Source of the DNA: Macrostomum lignano
Lineage: Eukaryota
Reading direction: 5' to 3'
DNA length: 64,000 nt
NCBI GenBank assembly: GCA_002269645.1
Contig: NIVC01000977.1
Coordinates: 248,001 to 312,000, forward strand
Shown here: one piece after another, positions 14,401-26,045 of the stretch
Position numbering within the stretch: position 1 is the first letter of the stretch
Layout of the letters: every line of letters starts with the position of its first letter
Notes under the pieces: generated by a model
What the model saw: the letters and a program-made list of their open reading frames with translations, nothing else
Told to the model about the DNA's origin: nothing
Databases searched by the model: none
Made by a program: the position numbers and the translations under genes

Positions 14401-15331
14401 GGAGGGGTCACCACCAAGTTGTGATCAAACTCATCAATGCACAAGCTGACGTCAATCTTCAACAAATTCAAGGTGGTTCACCTCTTTACATTGCATCACA
14501 GAATGGTCACCACCAAGTTGTGAGCTCACTCATCAAAGCACATGTTGACGTCAATCTTCAACGAAACACTGGTGAATCACCTCTCTACATTGCATCACAG
14601 AATGGTCACCACCAAGTTGTGAGCTCACTCATCAAAGCACAAGCTGACGCCAATCTTCAGGAAAATATTCATGGCTGTTCACCTCTCTTCATTGCATCAG
14701 GGAATTGTAATAACCAAGTTGTGATGTCACTCATCAAAGCACAAGCAGACGTCAATCTTCAACGAAACACTGGTGAATCACCTCTCTACATTGCATCACA
14801 GAATGGTCACCACCAAGTTGTGAGCTCACTCATCAAAGCACAAGCTGACGCCAATCTTCAGGAAAATATTCATGGCTGTTCACCTCTCTTCATTGCATCA
14901 GGGAATTGTAATAACCAAGTTGTGATGTCACTCATCAAAGCACAAGCAGACGTCAATCTTCAACGAAACACTGGCGAGTCATCTCTTTACATTGCATCAC
15001 AGCAAGGCCATCACCAGGTTGTGAGCTCACTCATCAAAGCACAAGCTGACGTCAATCTTCAACGAAACACTGGCGAGTCACCTCTCTACATTGCATCACA
15101 GAATGGTCACCGCCGAGTTGTGAGCTCACTCATCAAAGCACAAGCTGACGTCAATCTTCAACGAAACACTGGCGAGTCACCTCTCTACATTGCATCACAG
15201 AATGGTCACCGCCGAGTTGTGAGCTCACTCATCAAAGCACAAGCTGATACCAAGGTTGAGCATATTAATAGCCAAGAAGTGGCTAAAAATACATCTGCTG
15301 TGGTAGTGCCACAGAAACAGTCACAATTTGG
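11487..15331 (+). CDS. Exon 1 of an ankyrin-repeat + nucleotidyltransferase (cGAS/Mab-21-like) gene, ~36 ankyrin repeats
   Basis: Uninterrupted ORF of 33-34 aa repeats (G.SPLYIASQNGHHQVVSSLIKAQADVN). Likely ATG at 11487; donor GG|GTAAGT after 15331 (phase 2). Confidence 0.9.
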
Positions 15332-15908
15332 GTAAGTTTCAATCAATAGATTCTAAATAACTTTATCGGGTATTTTTTCGGATTCGAGGAAGATTGTGTA
15401 ATTGTACAAGCAAGCGGTCTTGAGAAGCCGTTCTGAAAATTAAACAGCACGCAAACAGTGGAAAGCGAGAGCTAGAAAAATGCTGAGTCAAGATGAAATT
15501 GACATGACTAATATCACAGGCAAGTGTAAGTGCTCACAAGGTTTATCCGTGACTCAAGTAAATGCAATGCGAATGTGGAGTTCAGGATCTTCCGCATCCT
15601 GCACCTGAATGGGCATCGTCATCCATCCAGGTTTTTTTCGTTTTACTGGAACCGCTCAGACCCGTTCGACCAATTAATTTTGCCCCCAACCATACCTCAG
15701 ACCCTCTGCAGGGGCTGTCATGGAAATTGGACCATTTTTCAAAAACAAACCATACAGACTTTTGCTTTGGACACTCATCCTATAGATACTTTCATCTGGT
15801 TCATGGACACTCAGGACAAGTCAATGAGTTCAATCTATGGACATACTGTTATTTCCTTTCTTCGGTCTTTTGAGACAAAATATTGACACCTCTAGTGTTT
15901 TAAATTAG

Positions 15909-16260
15909 TATTGCTTTTGTCAGCCTAACTGAGAATAAAGCCATCCAAAGTGAGAATCCTGTCTACGCTGACTGCGAAGGGCCTGGCTGCGTCCAGCCTA
16001 GTCGATGAGCCATAGACTATAAAGGATAAGCTAGGATTGGCTAGTCATATGGCTCAGAAGCTCAGAAGGTATAAAAATAAAAGAATATGACGCATAGACC
16101 AATCGATTCTCACATTGGATGGCTTTTTATCACTTTGCTTGTCCTTTATTGTCTATGGCCCATAGACTAAGGCTGCACGCAGCCAGGCCCTTCGCAGTCA
16201 GCGTAGGCAGGATTCTCACTTTGGATGGCTTTATTCTCAGTTAGGCTGACAAAAGCAATA
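15909..16260. mobile_element. MITE/foldback element with ~120-bp inverted arms and possible TA target duplication
   Basis: 15909-16031 is the near-perfect reverse complement of 16137-16260 (TATTGCTTTTGTCAGCC.../...GGCTGACAAAAGCAATA). Confidence 0.85.
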
Positions 16261-16726
16261 GTTCCCTAGCCTTGCCGCAAGCAGCTATCGCATAGCCTTT
16301 AGCTATATATTTAAGTTAGAGCTGTGCTCTTCAAGCAGGAGACTGTATCAACAAAATAACATAGACTAATTCATAGAGCCGCAGCTTCGGCTAAATAAAG
16401 AACGATCAGCATGAAGCTTATAAATAAATCTGTAACACATACCTCCCACCTGCCCTGCTTCACCTCCAGGGCTATAGTCTCAAATCCTCATCGCTGAATC
16501 AACCTTTTTCCTACCTGCTAACCATACCAAAAGCACTATGCATGAGCAGTCATGGAAAGTGGACAATATTTAAAGAACGAAACATGCAAAATTTAGTTCT
16601 AAACTAAACTAAAAGGACTAGAAGGATCAAACTGCTTACAATCGATTCATGATGCCCAATGCTACACAAATTTGTTAGTTACACCTTTTGAAACTGTACG
16701 TTTTTCAACAACATCTCTCATTTTAG

Positions 16727-17064
16727 AAGCAGTCCGAGCGACTCAGAGCTGAGCGAGCAGCTGCACTCAGCACTGGAGCAGTCAGGCTTCACCGAATCCC
16801 GAGCCGCATTGCAGAGCGCGGCTGCCGATGCCCTGCAGCAGATTCTGAGAAGTCGAGCGAACGACTTTTTTGTCGTCGGCAGCTACTCAGAAGGCTGGAG
16901 CAACAGCCTGACGACACTGGACGGCAGAACTGACGCCAATTCCGACATTGATGTGATGCAGTTGCTTCCCGGCCGAGAATACCACCAGAGAGGCCTGTGC
17001 GAGTGCGATGGAGCTCCGGAGCAGCACGAGATGGTGAACGGGCACATTCAGTGCTCAGGATTCG
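16727..17064 (+). CDS. Exon 2 of the ANK gene: N-terminal part of the pol-beta-superfamily (cGAS/Mab-21-like) NTase core
   Basis: Acceptor CATTTTAG at 16719-16726 in phase 2, matching exon 1. Encodes FFVVGSYSEGWSNSLTTLDGRTDANSDIDV (hGS...DhD motif). Donor G|GTGAGT after 17064. Confidence 0.8.
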
Positions 17065-17508
17065 GTGAGTTCTCTCTTGGGGAGTGAGATGGTCTGTGAG
17101 TTCTCTGTTATGATTGCTAGAGATTCTGGCAGTGCAGGGGTTTGCTTTCTGTGTGAAAAGCATTGGTGCAGAAAATTTTCTGTATGCGATAGCTGTACTC
17201 AGTAAGCAGATCTAAACAAGAGCCTGACTGTCCTGACAGTCTGTGTTGGCAACTTGCATTTACTATGTGCTAGCTGTTGATTTTTAACCCGCTGAAATTC
17301 AATCTCCGGATCTTTTTGCGTGCATTCTGAACTCTGAAGTCATGATCGAACAAAACTTGTTCATAGTTAGGATGGAGGTGAAACAAACTTGGGAGTTTCA
17401 AACTCGTAAAAACTCGTAAGCAAGGAGATGGAAGCAATATGTAGCTTTCAAGTAAAATTACGAGCATAAGAAGCGATTGCGACTGCCATCTAAAACTTGG
17501 TCCTAAAA

Positions 17509-17867
17509 CTATCCTTTCTATCCTTTCGTCTCCCTTTCTATCCCTTCCTCTCCCTCTCTATCCCTTCCTCTCCCTCTCTATCCCTTCCTCTCCCTCTCTA
17601 TCCCTTCCTCTCCCTCTCTATCCCTTCCTCTCCCTCTCTATCCCTTCCTCTCCCTCTCTATCCCTTCCTCTCCCTCTCTATCCCTTCCTCTCCCTCTCTA
17701 TCCCTTCCTCTCCCTCTCTATCCCTTCCTCTCCCTCTCTATCCCTTCCTCTCCCTCTCTATTCCTTCCTCTCCCTCTCTATCCCTTCCTCTCCCTCTCTA
17801 TCCCTTCCTCTCCCTCTCTATCCCTTCCTCTCCCTCTCTATCCCTTCCTCTCCCTCTCTATCCCTTC
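17509..17867 (-). repeat. Inverted copy of the 20-bp polypurine minisatellite (CTATCCCTTCCTCTCCCTCT)n
   Basis: Reverse complement of the 7975-10348 unit. Confidence 0.95.
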
Positions 17868-19669
17868 TAAAAAGTTAGGGGGGAAATTAATGATACTGTT
17901 AAAGTGTTATACAGCAACTAAGCAGAGTAGGCAGGAAAAACATCAGCAAAACCAATAAGCAACATATGTGAGGAGTGATAAAATATTATTTAGCATTGAA
18001 AGTGCTAATTGACAGTAGAAGTTCCTGTTTCAGAAGGTTCTCAACAAATGGTTCAGCCATATCCTTGAGTTCCGTGTGCTGGGGCTGGTCCATTCTGGCA
18101 AGAATGTAAGAAAACTCGACAAGATTGTTGGTGTCAAATTTGAGTAGCATTGGTAAAAGTTAACGCTATGGAGGGTTAAGTGAAACGTTGCGCATTTTAG
18201 CAGTTTTTTGCACTTTTATATAAGAAGACTCAATATTTGGGAATTTTAAAGTTGACTAAGACCTCTATAGTGAGTTGAAAAGCCAAGCTGAGAGGTTTGA
18301 GGGCCGAGCCAGCAGCCTGCGAACGCGTGGCACAGAAGACTCGCAGCAAATGCTTTGGGGGCTGATGTTTGCCTTGAGTAACGGCACAGAGAGAAACTGC
18401 GTGAGCGCTAACCCTAGCCTACTCAAACTATTCATTATTTTGCATTGCGCCCTGAATAACTGCCTTGAATAATATTTGGTACTGCGAGTTTGAGATGAGA
18501 GCCTCGCGCACTCATAATGGGACCTTTAGAGGCCAGTGTGTTTGGCAGTCTTTCTGTCAGGTGAGCAGAAGAAAATAGGAAAATAAAAGCGGTGACAGAC
18601 ACAGCATGGCAGACGCCTATAATAAATTTGTGTAGGCAAGCATATCCAGAGCTACAAAATCATATGCAGCTCGTAGACCGAACTGAAAATGATTTACGGG
18701 TATTTATTTACTTGGGTACGGCAAGCATTCTGACTGATTGATTGGTTGTTTAGTTAATTGCTGGCGCCCCTGGTGCTAAAGCCTCTTAAATAAAAGGGCA
18801 CCCCTCCAAATAAACTGGCACCCAGAGTCTTTATTTGAAGACAAAATTTTTACAAAATTTTTCTTATTAAGTCTCTACCATGCTACTGCTGAGTATTTGC
18901 TATCGAGTTTAATAAAAGTAGCTATTATTAAAGATGCTGGGATGAGGCAGTTGATGCGATTTAGACATTAAGAAATCATAATTCATATTTATTAATCCAC
19001 CGCAGACAAAAGGAAATTTAGACCGTCTCATGCGATGTGAAAATAAAACCACAGAGAAAGGCTCCACGCTTTGTCTTACCAAAACCGCATTCACACACAA
19101 AACACACACCGATCCGATGTTTTCTCCATCAGAGAGACTGGTTTCTCAAGTGGATATATTTATAAATCTGATACATCTCTAGCAAGCCCTTGGCTTGGTT
19201 CGGTTTTCTGTTGCTTCCGATCATTGATGATGCAAGAGAATCTCCGTGTGGGTTCGTTAAATGAGCGGCAATAGGCGATGGCAACGGGGCTCGAACCCAT
19301 AGATCGAATGACAAAAACAAGTGGCTGCATGAGACCTGCTTAAGAGCGGGGCTTGGGGGGGGGCAATCCATGGGGCACGGAATTGAAAGACCCTCGGATA
19401 AGAGGCCCCGCTTGTAAAAGTGTTGCGTCACTGAGCGATCGGGTGATCTCTGATTATTAACCCTGCTCAATGTCGCTCCATGTAAGAACTCGAAATAATA
19501 GGATAACAAGGGGTGCCATTGGCGCATAAATAGGCCGTTTTATTCTTTTATTGTGCCCTCAATCTGTAATTGGCCTGATTGATGGATTTTGTGCTGTGTG
19601 TAAGGGATTTCTTCTGGCTTCAGCAGATTCTTAGAAATCCTCAACTCCACCTCATCCGCCCCTTGCTAT

Positions 19670-20340
19670 CCACCCCCTTGCTATCCGCCCCTCACTATCC
19701 GCCCCCTTACTATCCACCCCATCACTATCCGCCCCCTCACCATCCGCCTCCTCACCATCCGCCCTTCACTATCCGCCCCTCACTATCCGCCCCTCACTAT
19801 CCGCCCTTCACTATCCGCCCCTCACTATCCGCCCCTCACTATCCGCCCCTCACTATCCGCCCCTCACTATCCGCCCCTCCACTATCCGCCCCTCACTATC
19901 CGCCCCTTCACAATCCGCCTCTTCATAATCCGCCCCCTCATCATCCGCCTCTTCGCAATCCGCCCCTTCACCATCCGCCTCCTCACCATCCGCCCCCTCA
20001 CTATCCGCCCTCACTATCCGCCCCTTCACCCAACCGTTCACAAACCTTGGTCCCATTCCCTCTCGCTCGCTTTACCTTCTTTTCTCACCCAGTCTCACCA
20101 AGTCTCACCCAGTCTCACCCAGTCTCACCTAATCTCACCCAGTCTCACCCAGTCTCACCCAGTCTCACCCAGTCTCACCCAGTCTCACCCAGTCTCACCC
20201 AGTCTCACCAAGTCTCACCCAGTCTCACCCAGTCTCACCCAGTCCCACCCAGTCTCACCCAGTCTCACCCAGTCTCACCCAGTCTCACCCAGTCTCACCC
20301 AGTCTCACCCAGTCCCACCCAGTCTCACTCAGTCTCACTC
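19670..20340. repeat. Adjacent short-unit arrays (CTATCCGCCCCTCA)n and (CCCAGTCTCA)n
   Basis: Units read directly at ~19670-20030 and ~20085-20340. Confidence 0.9.
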
Positions 20341-20694
20341 TCTCTCTCTCACTCCCTGTCTCAATCTTTCTGAATTGGAAATGGAAAATTCTCAGCAAAT
20401 CTGCCAATTCATTCGAAGGCAAAGAGCGATTTGAGCCGGGGGGCTCAACACAGCAAGCTCAATTATGCATTTTCTTCATTCAAGCCAGCTGCCACCACAA
20501 ACAGCATCTGTTTAATCTCTCTAGATGAATAGACGCAAAGCCACACCTTCGGCTTAGCGCTTTCACTAGAGCGGGCCATTAGCCCCATCAAGGTGAAGCT
20601 GGAAAATCTAAAAGCACCTGCAGCCTCTCTCCTCATCACCGAATTTGCTTTTTTAAGGAAGCTTTTAGCAACCTCCGATACGTTGGAAAAAAAC

Positions 20695-22230
20695 TCAGTT
20701 CCTGAGCATTAATCCCATCAGTTCCTGAGCATTAATCTCATCAGTTCCCGAGCATTAATCACATCAGTTCCTGAGCATTAATCCCATCAGTTCCTGAGCA
20801 TTAATCTCATCAGTTCCTGAGCATTAATCCCATCAGTTCCTGAGCATTAATCCCATCAGTTCCTGAGCATTAATCCCATCAGTTCCTGAGCATTAATCCC
20901 ATCAGTTCCCGAGCATTAATCCCATCAGTTCCCAAGCAATAATCCCATCAGTTCCTGAGCATTAATCTCATCAGTTCCCGAGCATTAATCACATCAGTTC
21001 CTGAGCATTAATCCCATCAGTTCCTGAGCATTAATCTCATCAGTTCCTGAGCATTAATCCCATCAGTTCCTGAGCATTAATCCCATCAGTTCCTGAGCAT
21101 TAATCCCATCAGTTCCTGAGCATTAATCCCATCAGTTCCCGAGCATTAATCCCATCAGTTCCCAAGCAATAATCCCATCAGTTCCTGAGCATTAATCCCA
21201 TCAGTTCCTGAGCATTAATCCCATCAGTTCCTGAGCATTAATCCCATCAGTTCCCGAGCATTAATCCCATCAGTTCCCGAGCATTAATCCCACTCAGTTT
21301 CTGAGCATTAATCCCATCAGTTCCTGAGCATTAATCCCATCAGTTCCCGAGCATTAATCCCATCAGTTCCCAAGCATTAATCCCATCAGTTCCTGAGCAT
21401 TAATCTCATCAGTTCCCAAGCATTAATCCCATCAGTTCCCGAGCATTAATCCCATCAGTTCCTGAGCATTAATCCCATCAGTTCCCAAGCATTAATCCCA
21501 TCAGTTCCTGAGCATTAATCCCATCAGTTCCTGAGCATTAATCCCATCAGTTCCTGAGCATTAATCCCATCAGTTCCCGAGCATTAATCCCATCAGTTCC
21601 TGAGCATTAATCCCATCAGTTCCTGAGCATTAATCCCATCAGTTCCTGAGCATTAATCCCATCAGTTCCTGAGCATTAATCCCAGCATTAATCATCAGTT
21701 CCGAGCATTAATCCCATCAGTTCCTGAGCATTAATCCCATCAGTTCCTGAGCATTAATCCCATCAGTTCCTGAGCATTAATCCCATCAGTTCCCGAGCAT
21801 TAATCCCATCAGTTCCCGAGCATTAATCCCATCAGTTCCTGAGCATTAATCCCATCAGTTCCCGAGCATTAATCCCATCAGTTCCTGAGCATTAATCCCA
21901 TCAGTTCCCGAGCATTAATCCCATCAGTTCCCGAGCATTAATCCCATCAGTTCCCGAGCATTAATCATCAGTTCCTGAGCATTAATCCCATCAGTTCCCG
22001 AGCATTAATCCCATCAGTTCCTGAGCATTAATCCCATCAGTTCCCGAGCATTAATCCCATCAGTTCCCGAGCTTAATCCCATCAGTTCCTGAGCATTAAT
22101 CCCATCAGTTCCCGAGCATTAATCCCATCAGTTCCTGAGCATTAATCCCATCAGTTCCCGAGCATTAATCCCATCAGTTCCCGAGCTTTAATCCCATCAG
22201 TTCCTGAGCATTAATCCCATCAGTTCCTGA
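20695..22230. repeat. 23-bp minisatellite (CAGTTCCTGAGCATTAATCCCAT)n
   Basis: About 65 tandem units. Confidence 0.95.
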
Positions 22231-22584
22231 GTATTAAATCGAATAATCTAAAAGTTTCTGCACTTTCACTTTTTGAGGTAAATTCCAATTTCAACCATAG
22301 CCATTCAAAAGCACTGTTCCGCAATGATACTTTTCAAAGGGATTACCTTTTGACGGGAGAAAAAGTATGCCTGTTATTTTTAGAGAGGATTTCGCATTAA
22401 AGAGCGTCGTTTGATGTCTGAAATTAAAGCTGCCTGTCTTTGTTGCTAGGAGAAAAAGTGTAACTGCTTTGGAGAGAAAAGTACAAATCGAGAGAAAAGA
22501 GAATACTAAAGAGAATGAAAAGAAGTTTGGCTTGTGTAAAATACTTCAAGTATTAGTGGAGAGCAGCAATGGAGAGTCTTGAGA

Positions 22585-23220
22585 GAACTCCATATGCTAG
22601 AGACTCGACCTCTTATCTCCAGGCAGCCGTGTCTACAGAACTCCATGCTAGAGACTCGATCTCTCATCCCCAGACACCCGTGTCTACAGAACTCCATGCT
22701 AGAGACCCGACCTCTGATCTCCAGACACCCGTGTCTACAGAACTCCATGCTAGAGACCCGACCTCTGATCTCCAGACACCCGTGTCTACAGAACTCCATG
22801 CTGGAGACTCGACCTCTCATCTCCAGACACCCGTGTCTACAGAACTCCATGCTAGAGACTCGACCTCTCATCTCCAGACACCCGTGTCTACAGAACTCCA
22901 TGCTAGAGACCCGACCTCTGATCTCCAGACACCCGTGTCTACAGAACTCCATGCTAGAGACCCGACCTCTGATCTCCAGACACCCGTGTCTACAGAACTC
23001 CATGCTGGAGACTCGACCTCTCATCTCCAGACACCCGTGTCTACAGAACTCCATGCTAGAGACTCGACCTCTCATCTCCAGACACCCGTGTCTACAGAAC
23101 TCCATGCTAGAGACCCGACCTCTGATCTCCAGACACCCGTGTCTACAGAACTCCATGCTAGAGACCCGACCTCTCATCCCCAGACAGCCGTGTCTACAGA
23201 ACTCCATGCTGGAGACTCGA
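22585..23220. repeat. 51-bp minisatellite
   Basis: Unit ACAGAACTCCATGCTAGAGACCCGACCTCTGATCTCCAGACACCCGTGTCT; gives 17-aa periodic ORFs in several frames. Confidence 0.95.
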
Positions 23221-23261
23221 CCGGTACCCGCGGGTCCCAGTCATCTTCATCCCTAGCGACA

Positions 23262-23710
23262 GCCGCCAGATCAAAGCCAAACCCTGGAGCCTCCTCCCAT
23301 CCCACCCACTGAGTCTCCTCTCGCCGGTGGTCTCTTTGACTTCAAAGGAAATTGGAAAACGCACAGCGACGACACGACTCAAGGGAAAGTTGAGCAGGTC
23401 TTCTTGGCCAAAGCGCAGGAGGGGGGAGGACGACTCTGGGCACCCTTTTGGTCACTTCAAAGAGACGAAGGGAAAGATGCGAGAGAGGTGAGCAGTGCTC
23501 GGCAAACGTTCCCCCGTAGATGAAGCCCCCTATCGTCTAATCAAAGCGCCTCCCCTTTTCCCGAGACAGTCCGGACTTTGCCGGATCCTCTACAGCTCTG
23601 CTGCTTTTGCCTTTCTTGCCTGCTTCTGGTGATGCTGCTGCTGCTGCTGCTGCAGCCTCTGGACATCAAAGGGCCGGATTAGAGACTTCATTAGCTTAAT
23701 GCCGCCCCAC
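23262..23710. promoter_or_regulatory. Candidate Wnt/TCF response element
   Basis: ATCAAAG at 23270, 23540 and 23665 (context ACATCAAAGGG); TTCAAAG at 23341; Helper-like GCCGCCA at 23262-23268, 1 nt from the first site. Confidence 0.45.
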
Positions 23711-23989
23711 CCCTTTTCCCGCCTCTGCGGGGGGTGGGTGGATGATGGCGCGCTTCTCTCAAGCGCGTCTGCTTCTTCTTGTTCTTGTTTTCCTTTCCTG
23801 TAACCATGGCTAAAGAGAGCTAAGTTCGCGAGCTCGCTCCTCGCCTCCTCTGACCCCCGCCCTATCTGCAGCAGCAGCAGGCTTCGAAATCTGAGAGGTG
23901 CTGTGAGCTGCATTCGACTGCGCACCCGCTCATTTCTCAACAGTAGCTCCGATTCCACTTAATCAACTGCTCAACCAAGCTGCTTCCAC

Positions 23990-24375
23990 TCTCTAAACTG
24001 CTTCCACTCTACTAAACTGCTTCCACTCTACTAAACTGCTTCCAATCTACTAAAACGTTTCCACTCTACTAAACTGCTTCCAATCTACTAAACTGCTTTC
24101 ACTCTACTAAACTGCTTCCGATCTATTAAACTTCTTCCGATCTATTAAACTTCTTCCAATCTACTAAACTGCTTCCACTCTACTAAACTGCTTCCAATCT
24201 ACTAAACTGCTTCCGATCTACTAAACTGCTTGGAGTCTACTAAACTGCTTCTACTCTACTAAACTGCTTCCACTCTACTAAACTGCTTCCAATCTACTAA
24301 ACTGCTTCCGATCTACTAAACTGCTTGGAGTCTACTAAACTGCTTCTACTCTACTAAACTGCTTCCACTCCCTAA
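23990..24375. repeat. 19-bp minisatellite (CTACTAAACTGCTTCCACT)n
   Basis: Tandem units read directly. Confidence 0.9.
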
Positions 24376-25239
24376 ACAGACTGCCAAAACCCATGCAGTA
24401 CCAAGACACCAGAATGAAAATAAGTGTTCATAAAAACCTCTGCCCAGTCAAAGCTCCATCGAGCGCGCAGCTGCACTCAGCATCCGGCGCCACCTGCGCT
24501 ATTTTGTTGCGAGAGCACAAAGAGCGAGAGAGCGGGTCACAAAATTCCCACCTCGATCACGTGTTCTCATCTCCGAGGAAGGGAGACAGATAGAAGCTGC
24601 GGCATTTTCGTACCCAGTTATCCTCACCAAGAAAAAAACCTCCGGCTCCATCTATTTTTCAAGGCCATTATTCCCCATTATCCAGATGAAGACGCGGCAG
24701 CTGGGACCTCCGAGCCGACGCTGTGCTTTTTTTCTGCTCCTAGGAGCTATAGGGTCCTCCTTTTCGGGAACAAGTTAACAAGGCCTCCTCACGCTTATTC
24801 AACAACAAGAAATACTTTCGATACAAACTGGGGTTGCAGACCTGAACTGCCGTGTCCGATATTTAGGGGGCTTCGCCGCGAGGTTCGAGTAGGGGGGGGG
24901 ACTACGAGATTTAATTACCTTTTTCCCCAAATATCGAGCTTTGCTCTTCTACAACAGAAGAAGAGTGTATAGCGGGTTCTGGTAATTACAGGCTTGCTTA
25001 GACCTGCGGGAGTCCCTACGACAGCTCTGTAGCCAGCCCCTGGGGATAAGGATTCTGTAGTCACTACAGCTTTATACAAGGATCACACAAGTTATCTTCA
25101 ATGAGGTTTGGGATGGTCTTAATTAAGTTGAGCAGTCGTTGAGAGGTGCGATTGCATAAATAGACAGGGTTCTCAGTCCGTTTTTTATTTATGATTTTTG
25201 GTGTCTTGTTGATGGTTATATCGGTTGGTTAATGGTTAT

Positions 25240-26045
25240 ATGATGTTGGTCATATCCTGTTCCTATTGGTCATATGATATTGGTCATATCCTGTTCCTAT
25301 TGGTCATATGATATTGGTCATATCCTGTTCCTATTGGTCATATGATATTGGTCATATCCTGTTCCTATTGGTCATATGATATTGGTCATATCCTGTTCCT
25401 ATTGGTCATATGATATTGGTCATATCCTGTTCCTATTGCTCATATGATATTGGTCATATCCTGTTCCTATTGGTCATATCCTGTTCCTATTGGTCACATG
25501 ATATTGGTCAAATCCTGTTCCTATTGGTCACATAATATTGGTCAAATCCTGTTCCTATTGGTCACATCCTGTTCCTATTGGTCATATGATATTGGTCATA
25601 TCCTGTTCCTATTGGTCATATCCTGTTCCTATTGGTCACATGATATTGGTCAAATCCTGTTCCTATTGGTCACATCCTGTTCCTATTGGTCATATGATAT
25701 TGGTCAAATCCTGTTCCTATTGGTCACATCCTGTTCCTATTGGTCACATCCTGTTCCTATTGGTCATATGATATTGGTCATATCCTGTTCCTATTGGTCA
25801 TATGATATTGGTCATATCCTGTTCCTATTGGTCATATGATATTGGTCAAATCCTGTTCCTATTGGTCATATCCTGTTCCTATTGGTCACATCCTGTTCCT
25901 ATTGGTCATATGATATTGGTCAAATCCTGTTCCTATTGGTCACATCCTGTTCCTATTGGTCATATGATATTGGTCATATCCTGTTCCTATTGGTCATATG
26001 ATATTGGTCATATCCTGTTCCTATTGGTCATATGATGTTGGTCAT
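25240..26045. repeat. Mosaic 20/13-bp minisatellite (TTGGTCATATCCTGTTCCTA / TTGGTCATATGATA)
   Basis: Tandem units read directly. Confidence 0.9.

Noticed and set aside
15405-15535. Possible extra exon between the ANK and NTase exons (GTAAGT near 15531)
   Set aside because: No open frame compatible with phase 2 on both sides; the direct 15331-16727 splice is already in frame.
15562-15873. KLDHFS similarity to S28 peptidases
   Set aside because: A single short motif, intronic, with no other family features.
20695-22230. CRISPR-like regular repeats, here and in other arrays
   Set aside because: No unique spacers, eukaryotic context, no cas genes.
22506-23312. 17-aa periodic mucin-like ORFs
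   Set aside because: 51-bp minisatellite open in three frames, so no frame is preferred.
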